Origin: the human T2T-CHM13v2.0 reference genome, Homo sapiens
NCBI RefSeq assembly: GCF_009914755.1
Contig: NC_060928.1
Direction: 5' to 3' (one strand)
Length of the DNA: 64,000 bases
The position numbers and the translations under genes are program-made. Under the pieces are notes generated by a model that saw only the letters and a program-made list of their open reading frames with translations, did no database searches and had not been told where the DNA came from. This document shows positions 50,785 to 62,300 of this stretch, in pieces; position 1 is the first letter of the stretch, and each line of letters starts with the position of its first letter.

Positions 50785-51381
50785 GAACTCTTTTTATCCC
50801 ATGTTATTTCTATGAGATCACGTGATTTAAGAACAACTTTTACTTGCCACTTACATATATATTGAAAAGGCAAACTTTCCTTTCATAGTTTCCTAATTTT
50901 GGCAAAGTACTTTAACAAAAGTTAAATTAAGTGAGTAAGTGAAATTTTCTGTTCTATTGTTTTGAAAACAATTCTAGAAACTGTCCTTGTAAGAACAGCA
51001 AAAAGAGAAAAAGATAATTCTCAACTGCAGCTTCAACTACTCTTTGCGTAACAATGTATCTAATTAAAAGGCAAAACTCTCTATTTCAGGTTTATATGTA
51101 TCAATTGCTTGATTAGAAAGTAAATTATTTACCCCACATAATCTGGTGTCAAAAAACTTATAACAAAATTACTTTGATTTTATTGCTTATAAGTTTGTGA
51201 ATTTAAATATCAACTGACAGTGATGAATTTATTTGCTTTGTGCTGACAAGACAGTATGTTGAAGTTTTGTTTTCCAACTCAGTTTTAAATCTGCAGTGTA
51301 TCAAAATCTCCTCATTATGCTTTGGATGTTATGGTACATAAATGGTATCTTCACAAAGATATATTCATTCTGGTACTGAAA
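50491..51381 (+). repeat. 146-bp direct duplication (50491-50636 and 51236-51381)
   Basis: The copies align without gaps; I count 10 mismatches (~93% identity). Confidence 0.9.
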
Positions 51382-52725
51382 GTGCATACTTAAAATTCTT
51401 CATGAACAGTTTTATTGAAAAAAATATGTAGACAAGCCATTAATTATACACAGTGATCTGGAACAAATTCTTACAAGAAGCCTAGCATGTCTTCCATTAA
51501 CTGTATACAATTTATAAAAAGTTACTGAAAGTCTTCCTGAGGTTAAACAATAAATCTTTTAAATTTAATCACTGTGCTCCCTCAAAGGTAATTTTTTCTT
51601 TATGACACTCAGGGGATACAGTCAGATCTCAGCCTACTTTAAACAACTAGGCAGTATTTTTAGTGCACTTTTCTGTTTGTTAAAAAGCTAGTTGTCAAGA
51701 ATAAGTTGCTCAATTATCTTCCTCAATTACTTTTTATTTTGTTTTGTAATTATTATTCTATTTTGGTTTTCCTTTAGAATTGTGGACTATCTTGAATCAG
51801 AAATTGCAGAGAATATATAAATAAGTAAGAATGCACTCTTCAATCAAACTAGATCTCGAAAGTGTTTTGTTGTAGTTTATACCTTGATTTCGAAGGCCAT
51901 TCTATACAGGGCACTTGAAAAATTTTCAAGCTCTTATATTTCATAATAGTACAGAATTTATTGTTCTTTTATTTGCAAGGAGATAGACCAGATAAAATAT
52001 CACTTTATTTTTTACAGTGTTGACTTTGATATTCTAAACTTGTCAGTTTATACAGATTAATGAAGACTCCATACATGTAAAATTCACTATAATTTTTTTT
52101 CTAGTATGACAGTCCAAACAAATAGTAACTACATACCCAAACAGGTAAAGTAAAAATATACAATAGCTTGACAAAAAAAAAGAAGAAAAAAGAAACCCCT
52201 ATACATTCCTTAACATTCTAAAACTCTGAGGACCAAATTGGATTCAAAAGAAACATTTCTGGTGGGCAGGGAAAGGGCTAAAAAGCTAAAGTATATAATA
52301 AGTAAATTCCTCATTGCTGTAACATATATGACCAGCATGACATTTCAATACATGTTCAAGTTTTCTGAAAAAAGTTCTAGGATAATAGGATTTCAACTTT
52401 TGATTCTACAGATATCATTCTTGTGATTGGTATGGTAGAATCATCCTCTTCATGTATTAGAGGATTCAAATGAAAAAAAATCAGGCAGCTAGTTCCTTTC
52501 CAAGAAGCCTTAGAGATTGTTGTACATAAAAATATGAACCATATTTCTGATTCAAATTTTAATTAGAGAATTCTCTTTATTCCCTCTTCTGCATAAAATT
52601 ATGCACTTGCTCTCTGCTCTCCAGACAAGTAAAACTTCTTACCTGCTATAATTTGAGATAATCAAGACTCAGAACATATTATCTCCTAGCTGAAAGTCCC
52701 AATAAACTTCTCAGGACAAAAACAG

Positions 52726-52972
52726 CAAAAAGTTAAATATGCAGAGATAGAGTATAAAACAGTGGTTACCAGGGGCTGGGGGTGAGAAGAGAAAATGGAG
52801 ATAGAGAATTCGAAGGATGCAAAGTTGCAGATATGTAGAATTAACAAATTGAGGGATCTAATGTACAACATGAGGACTGTAGGTATTAATATTTATTGTA
52901 TATGGCATTTAACTAAAAGGGTAGTTTGTAGGTACTCTTTCCTCACACACATATCCAAAAGAAAGGTAACTG
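52726..52972 (+). mobile_element. L1MA-like 3' UTR fragment, truncated on the right
   Basis: GTGGTTACCAGGGGCTGGGG...GATCTAATGTACAACATGAGGACT...AAAGGTAACTG. Confidence 0.7.
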
Positions 52973-52975
52973 AGA

Positions 52976-53319
52976 TTTTCAAAGGGAATGCTTTCAGGTT
53001 TTGCCCATTCAGTATGCTATTGGCTGTGGGTTTGTCATAAATAGCTCTTAATATTTTGAGATACGTCCCATCAATATCTAATTTATTGAGAGTTTTTAGC
53101 ATGAAGGTTGTTGAATTTTGTCAAAGGGCTTTTCTGCATCTATTGAGATAATCGTGGTTTTTGACGTTGGTTCTGTTTATATGATGGATTACGTTTACTG
53201 ATTTGCGTATGTTGTACCAGCCTTGCATCCCAGGGATGAAACCCATTTGATTATGGTGGATAAGCTTTTTGATTTGCTGCTGGATTCGGTTTGCTAGCAT
53301 TTTATTGAGGATTTTTGCA
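52976..53319 (-). mobile_element. Internal L1PA ORF2 fragment with no tail, abutting the satellite
   Basis: Homologous to 32494-32840 of the resident L1; ORFs 52893-53102 and 53121-53330 give L1 RT peptides. Confidence 0.9.
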
Positions 53320-56300
53320 CTCCACTCCACTCCACTTCATTCCATTCTATTACATTCCATTCCATTCCATCTCATTTCATTCCATTCCCTTCCACTCTAC
53401 TCCACCTCATTCCACTCTACTCTAGTCCACTACACTCCATTCCATTTCATTCCAATCCATTCTATTACATTCTTTTATTTCTTCAGGAACTCACTCCGTC
53501 ACCCAGGCTGTAGTGAAGTGGCACAATCTCAGCCCACATTTCATTTCACCGTGCCATTCCATTCCATTCCATTCCATTCCATTCCATTCCACTCCACTCC
53601 ACTCCACACCACTCCACTCCACTCCACTCTACTCCACTCCACTGCATTCCTTTCCATTACATCCCATTCCATTCCTCTTTATTCCACTCTACTCCACTCC
53701 ACTCCACTCCACTCTACCCCACTCCATTCCATTCCACTCTAATCCGTTCCATTCCTTTCTTTCGATAGAATCTCACCTGTCACCCGGGATGGAGTGCAGT
53801 GGCACAATCGCAGCTCACATTTCATTTCACCATTCTATTCCCTTCTATTCCATTCCATTCCATTCCATTCCACTACACTCCTCTCCACTCCATTCCATTC
53901 GATTCCAATCCACTCAACTCCACTCCACTCCATTCCATCCCATCCCATTCCATTCCACTCCATTCCACTCCACTCCACTCCACTCCATTCCATTCCACTC
54001 CATCCCATCCCATTCCATTACATTACATTCCACTCCACTCCACTCCACTCCACTGAATTCTACTCCATTCCATTCCACATCATTCCATTCTATTCCTAAT
54101 TCTATTCCATGGCATTCCATTCCATTCCATCCTTTCCAATTACACTACATTCCACTCCATTCCTCTCCTCTCCATTCCATTCCATTCCATTCCATTCCAT
54201 TCCATTCCATTCCACTGCACTCCACTCCATACCATTCCATCCCATTGAATTCCAATCCACTCCACTCCACACCACTCCTCTCCATTCCATTCCGTTCCAC
54301 TCCACCCCATTCCATTCCACTCTGTTCCACTAGACTCCACTCAAATCCAGTCCCCTCCACTCCACTCCACTCCACCCCACTCCATCCCATTCCATTCCCC
54401 TCCATTCAATTCCATTCATTTCTTTTGACAGGATATCAATCTGTCACCCAGGCTGGAGTGGAGTGGCACTATCTCAGCTCACATTCAATTTCACCATTCC
54501 ATTCCATTGCATTGCATTCCATTCCATTCCATACCATTCCATTCAATTCCATTCTAACCCACTCCAGTCCACTCCACTACACTCCATGCCATTCCCTTCC
54601 ATCCCATTCCATTCCACTCCATTCCACCCTAATCCACTGACATTCACTCCATCCCACTCCACTACATGCCATTCGATTCCATCCTATTCCATTCCACTCC
54701 GTTCCACTTGACTCCACTCCACTCCACTCCAATCCACTCCACTCCATTCCATTCCACCATATTCCATTCCATTCCTTTCCTTTGACGGGCTCTCACTGTG
54801 TCAAAAAAAGGCTGGAACACAGTGGCACAATCTCAGCTCACATTTTATTTCACCATTCCATTCCATTCCATTCCACTCCATTCCACTCCACTCCATTTCC
54901 CTCAACTCCACTCCACTCCCCTCCATTCCATTCCATTCCATTGCATTCCACTCCACTTCATTCCACTGCAATCCAGTCAAATCCACTCCATTCCAATTCA
55001 CTCCACTCCACTCCACTCCATTCCAGTCCATCCCATTGCATTTTACCTCATTTCTCTCCACTCCACTCCACTCCACTCCATTCTATTCCACTCCTTCCCA
55101 TTCCCTTCCACTCCATTAAGCTCCATTCCTCTCCACTCCACTCCAATCCATTCCATTCCAGTATAATTCACTCTCTTACATTCCATTAATTTCTTTCAAC
55201 AGGATCTCACTCTGTCACACAGGCTGGAGTGCAGTGGCACTATCTCAGCTCACATTTAATTTCACAATTCCATTCGATTGCATTCCATTGCATTCCACTC
55301 CATTGTATTCCATTCCATTCCATTCCATTCCATTCCATTCCATTCCATTCCATTCCATTCCATCCCATTCCATTGCACTCCTGTGAACTCCACTCCACTC
55401 CATTCCATTCCATCCCATTTCATTCCACTCCATTCCATTCCAACCCACTCCACTGCACTCGACTCCACTCCATTCCATTCCATTGCACTACTGTGAACTC
55501 CACTCACCTCCACTCCACTGCACTCCAATCAATCCATTCCATTCCATTCCATTCCACACCTTTCCATTCCATTCCTTTCCTTTGACAGGATCTCACTCTG
55601 TCACCCAGGCTGCAGTGCAGTGGCACAATCTCAGCTCATATTTCATTTCATCATTCCATTCTATACCATTCCATTCCTATCCATTCCATTCTATTCCATT
55701 ACACTCCAATCCACTCTACTCCACTCCACTCCATTCCATTGCATTCCATTCCATTCCACTCTACTCCACTACTCTCCACCCCACTCCACTCCACTCCATC
55801 CCATTCCTTCCAATTCCATTCCATTCCACTCCTCGTCCCTCCACTCAACTCCATTCCCCTCCACTTCATACCATTCGATTCCATCCCATTCCATTCCATT
55901 CCACTCCACTCCACTCCACTCTGCTCCACTCCACTGCACTCCATTCCATTGCACTCTATTCAATTCCATTCGACAGGATCTCATTCTGTCACACAGTCTG
56001 GAGTGCAGTGGGAGAATCTTAGCTCACATTTCATTTCACTATTCCATTCCATTCCCCTACACCCTTCTCCACTGCACTCCACTCCACTCCATTCCACTAC
56101 ATTACATTACACTCCATTTCACTCCATTCCACTCCATTCCAATACACTCCACAACATTCCATTCCATTCCATTCCATTCCATTCCATTCCAATTCCATTC
56201 CATTCCATTCCATTCCATTCCATTCCATTCCATTCCACTCCACTCCATATCATTCCATCCAATTGAATTCCAATCCACTCCACTCCACACCACTCCTCTC

Positions 56301-59300
56301 CATTCCATTCCGTTCCACTCCACCCCATTCCATTCCACTCTGTTCCACTAGACTCCACTCAAATCCAGTCCCCTCCACTCCACTCCACTCCACCCCACTC
56401 CATCCCATTCCATTCCCCTCCATTCAATTCCATTCCTTTCTTTTGACAGGATCTCAATCTGTCACCCAGGCTGGAGTGGAGTCGCACTATCTCAGCTCAC
56501 ATTCAATTTCACCATTCCATTCCATTGCATTCCATTCCATTCCATTCCATACCATTCCATTCAATTCCATTCTAACCCACTCCAGTCCACTCCACTACAC
56601 TCCATGCCATTCCCTTCCATCCCATTCCATTCCACTCCATTCCACTCCATTCCACCCTACTCTACTCAAATTCACTCCACCCCACTCCACTACATGCCAT
56701 TCCATTCCCTTCCATTCCATTTCACTCCATTTCACTGGACTCCACTCCACTCCAATGCACTCCACTCCAATCCAATCCACTCCGTTCCATTCTACTCCAT
56801 TCCATTCCACCCCATTCCATTCCAGTCCTTTCTTTTGATGGGATCTCACTATGTCAAAAAAGGCTGGAACACAGTGGCACAATCTCAGCTCACATTTTAT
56901 TTCACCATTCCATTCCACTCCACTCCATTCCCCTCCACCTCCCTCCACTCCCCTCCATTCCATTCCATTCCACTCCACTCCATTCCACTTCAATCCAGTC
57001 AACTCCACTCTACTCCAATTCAATCTACTCCATTCCACTCCATTCCATTCCACTCCATCCCATTCCATTCCACTCCATTACGCTCCATTCCACTACACTC
57101 CACTCCACTCCATTCCATTCCATTCCATCATACTTCACACCCTTACATTCCATTAATTTCTTTCGACAGGATCTCACTCTGTCACACAGGCTGGAGTGCA
57201 GTGGCACTATCTCAGCTAACATTTAATTTCACAATTCCCTTCCATTGCATTCCATTTTATTCCATTCCATTGCATTCCATTGCATTCCATTCCATTGCAT
57301 TCCATTCCATTCCATCCCATTCCATTCCGCTCTTGTGAACTAAACTCCACTGCATTCCATTCCATTCCATTCCATTCCATTCCATTCCACTCCACTACAC
57401 TCCAGTGTATTCCTCTCCATTCCATTCCATCCCATTCCATTCCACTCCCTTCCACTATACTCCACTCCACTCCACTCCACTCCACTCCACTCTATTCCAT
57501 TCCATTGCATTCCAGTCCTTTCCATTCCATTCCTTTCTTTCAACAGGATTTCACTCTGTCACCCTGCTGGAGTGCAGTGGCACAATCTCAGCTCATATTT
57601 CATTTCATCATTCCATTCTATTCCATTCCATTCTTTTCCATTCCATTCAATTCCATTCCACTACATTGCATTCCACTCCACTCCACTCCACTTCACTCAA
57701 CTCCACTCCATTCCATTCCATTCAATTCCACTCCAGTGTACTCCATTCCTCTCCACCCAACTCCACTGAACTCCATTCAGTTCCATCCAATTCCAGACCA
57801 CTCCACTCCTCTCCACAAAACTCCACTCCACTCCCCTCCACTTCATTCCATTCGATTCCATCCCATTCCATTCCATTCGACTCCACTCCTCTCCACTCCG
57901 CTCCACTCCATTCCGTTCCATTCCTTTCTACTCCGTTCCATTCCACTCCACTCCACTACATTCCATTCCACTCCATTCCGCTCCATTCCTCACATTCGAC
58001 AGGATGTCACTCTGTCACCCAGTCTGGAGTGCAGTGGCAGAATCCCACCTCACATTTCATTTCACTATTCCATTCCATTCCATTCCATTCCACTCCACTT
58101 CACTGCACTCCAATCCACTCCATTCCATTCCATTACATTCCACTCCATTCCACTCCAGTCCACTCTATTCCACTCCACTCCACTCCATTCTATTCCATCC
58201 CATTCCGTCGCATTCCATTCCACTGCATTTCACTCCATGCCACTCCACTTAATACACTCCATTCCATTCCACTCCATCCCATTCCATTCCACTCCATTCC
58301 ACTCCACACCACTCCACTCCACTCAGCTCCACTCCAATTCATTCCATTCCATTCCTTTCTTTTGACAGCATGTAACCCTGTCAACCAGACTGGGGGGCAT
58401 TGGCACAAAATCAGCTCACATTTCATTTCACCACTCCATTCCAATCTATTCCATAGCATTCCATTCCATTGCTTTCCGCTGCATTCCATTCCATTCCATT
58501 CCATTCCACTCCACTCCATTCCACTCTACTCCACTCCAATCCAGTCCACTCCATCCAGTCCACTCCACTCCACCTCATTCCATGGCATTCAATTCCATCC
58601 CATTCCATTCCACTCCATGCTAATCTACTCCACTCCAATCCACTCCTCTCTACTCCACTCCATGCCATTCCTTTCCATCCCATTCCATTCCACTCCATTG
58701 CACTCGACTCCACTCCACTCCACTCCACTTCACTCCATTCCATTCCATACAATTCCACTCCATTCCATCACATTCCTTTCTTTCCATAGGATCTCACTCT
58801 TTCACAAAGGCTGGAGTGCAGTGGCACAATCTCAGCTCAAATTTCTTTTCACTATTCCATTTCATTCCATTCCATCCAATTCCTTTCCACTCTATTTCAC
58901 TCTAGTCCACTCCACTCCATTCCATTTCACTCCATCTCATTCCAATCGACTCCATTTCACTCCAGTCCACTCCACTCCACTCCCCTCCACTCCACTCCAT
59001 TCCGTTCCATTACATTTCACTCCATTGCATTCCATTCCTTTCTTTCGACAGGATATCACTGTGTCACCCAGGCTGGAGTGCAGTGGCACAATCTCAGTTC
59101 ACATTACATGTCAACTTTCCATTGCATTGCATTCAATTCCATTCCATTCAATTCAATTCCATTTCATTCCACTTCTTTCCACACCACTCCACTCCACTCT
59201 ACTCCACTACATTCCATTATATCCGATTCCATTCCACTCAATTCCACTCCTCTCCTCTCCACTGCACTCCACTCCTCTCCATTCCACTCCATCCCATTCC

Positions 59301-62300
59301 ATTCCGCTCCATTCCACTCCATTCCAATGAACTCCACTCCACCCGACTCCACTCCACATCATTCAATTCCATTCCATCCCATTCTACTCCTCGCCATTCC
59401 ACTCCACTCCACTCCACTTCACTCCACTCCACTCCACTCCAGTCAACCCCATTCCATTCCATTCCATTCCATTCCATTCCACTGCATTCCATTCCATTCC
59501 TTTCTTTCGAGACTATCTCTCTCTCTGACACATCCTGGAGTACAGTGGCACAATCTCAGCTCCCATTGCATTTCTCCATTCCATTCCATTCCATTCCATT
59601 CCATTCCATTCCACTCCACTCCATTCCATTCCATTCCATTCTACTCTACTCCACTCCACTCCACTCCAATCCATGCCACTCCACTCCTCTCCATTCCACT
59701 GCACTCCACTCCTTTCCATTCCATCCCATTCCATTCCACTCTTTCCACTCCACTCCACTCCAATCCATTCCATTAAATTCCACTCCATTCCATTCTATTC
59801 CACTCCATTCCACTCCATTCCATTCCATTCTTTTCTTTTGACAGGATCTCACTGTGTCACCTAGGCTGGTGTGCAGTGGCACAATAACAGCTCACATTTT
59901 ATTTCACAATTCCACTCCATTTCATTCCATTCCACTGCACTCCACTCCACTCAATTCCACTCCACTCAACTTCAATCCATTCCATTCCATTCCATTCTAA
60001 TCCCTTCCATTCCACTCCTTTTCTTCGACAGGATCTCCCTCTGTCACATGCTGTAATGCAGTGGCACAATTTCAGCACGCATTTCTTTTCACCATTCCAT
60101 TGCATTCCATTCTATTCCACTCCACTCCCCTCCACTCCTTTCCACTCAACTCCACTCCATTCCATTCCACACTACTCCACTCCACTCCATTTCATTCCAT
60201 CCTATTCCATTCCACTCCTTTCCACTCCATTCCACTACATGCCATTCCAGTCCACACCATTCCATTCCGATATTTTCTTTCGACAGGATCTCACTCTGTC
60301 ACCGAGACTGGAGTGCAGTGGCACAATTTTAGCTCACATTTCATTTCACCTTTCCATTTCACTCCATTCCATTCCATTCCATTCCATTCCACTCCATTCC
60401 ATTCCAACCCATTCCATTCCATTTCTTTCCTTTGACAGGATCTCACTGTGTCAAAAAAGGCTGGAATACAGTGGCACAATCTCAGCTCACATTTCATTTC
60501 ACCATTCCGTTCCATTCCATTCCATTCCGTTCCACTCCATTCCACTCCACTCCAATCAAATCCACTCCACTCCACTCCACTCCACTCCATTACATTCCAT
60601 CCCATTCCATTTCACTCCACTCCTCTCCACTCCACTCCAGTCAACTCCATTCCATTCCATTCCATCCCATTCCATTCAACTCCATTACAATCCATTCCAC
60701 TCCACTCCCCTGCAGTCCATTCGATTCCATTCCATTCCATTTTACTCCATTCCATTCCATTCCTAACTTTCTACAAGATCTCACTGTGTAACCCAGGCTG
60801 GAGTGCAGTGGCACTATCTCAGCTCACATTTAATTTCACCATCCATTCCTTTGCATTCCATTGCATTGCATTGCATTGCATTCCATTCCATTGTATTTCA
60901 TTGCATTCCATTGAATTCCATTCCATTGAATTCCATTGCATTACATTCAATTGTATTCCTTTCAATTCCATTCCATCCCATTCCATTCCACTTCCGTGAA
61001 CTGCATTCCACTCCACTCCACTGCATTCCATTCCATTCAATTTCATTCCACTCCACTTCACTGCATTCCATTCCATTCCATTTCATTCCACTCCAATTCA
61101 CTCCACTCCACGCCACTCCATTCCATTCCATCCAATTCCATTCAACTGCATTCCACTATACACCATTCCACTCCATGCCACTCCACTCCACTCCATTCCA
61201 TTCCATTCCTCCCCACTCCACTCCACTCAACTCCCCTCCACTCCGCTCCTCCCCATTCCATTCCATTCCATCCCTTTCCATTCCACTCCATTGAATTCCA
61301 TTCCATTCCATTCCTCCCCACTCCACTCCACTCAACTCCCCACCACTCCGCTCCTCCCCATTCCATTGCATTCCATCCCTTTCCATTCCACTCCACTCTA
61401 CTCCACTCCGCTCCACTCCATTCCATTCCACTCCATCACATTCTGTTCCACTCTATTCCACTCCACTCCACTCCTTTCCATTCAATTCCATTCCACTTCA
61501 TTCTATTCCATTCCGTTCTTTTGAGAGGTTCTCACTCTGTCACCCAGGCTGGAGTGTGGTGGCACAATATCACCTCACATTTCATTTCACCATTGCTTTC
61601 AATTCCATTCCATTCCACTCCACTCCATTCCACTCCACTCGACTCCATTCCATTCTACACCACTCCACTGCACTCCATCCCATTCCTTCCACCCCACTCC
61701 GTTCCACTCCACTGCATTCCATTCCATTCCATTCCATTCCATTCCATTCCATTCCATTTCATTCGCTTACATTCCATTCATTTCTTTCGACATGATCTCA
61801 CTCTGTCACACAGGCTGGAGTGCAGCAGCACTATCTTAGCTCTCATTTAATTTCAGATTTCCATTCCATTGCATTCCATTCCATTGCATTCCATTCCATT
61901 CCATTCCATTCCTTTCAACTCCACCCCACTCCACTCCACTTTACTCCACTCCATTCCATCCCATTCCATTCCACTCCACTCCACTATACTCCTCTCTACT
62001 CCACTGCACTCCATTCCATTCCATTGCATTCAAATCCATTCTATTCCATTCCTTTCTTTCAACAGGATTTCACTCTGTCACCCATGCTGGAGTGCAGTGG
62101 CACAATCTCAGCTCATATTTCATTTCATCATTCCAATCTATTCCATTCCATTCCTTTCCATTCCATTGAATTCCATTCCACTACATTCCATTCCACTCCA
62201 CTCCACTCCACTTCAATCAACTCCACTCCATTCCATTCCATTCATTTCCACTCCACTCTAATCCATTCCTCTCCACCCCACTCCACTAAAGCCCATTCAA

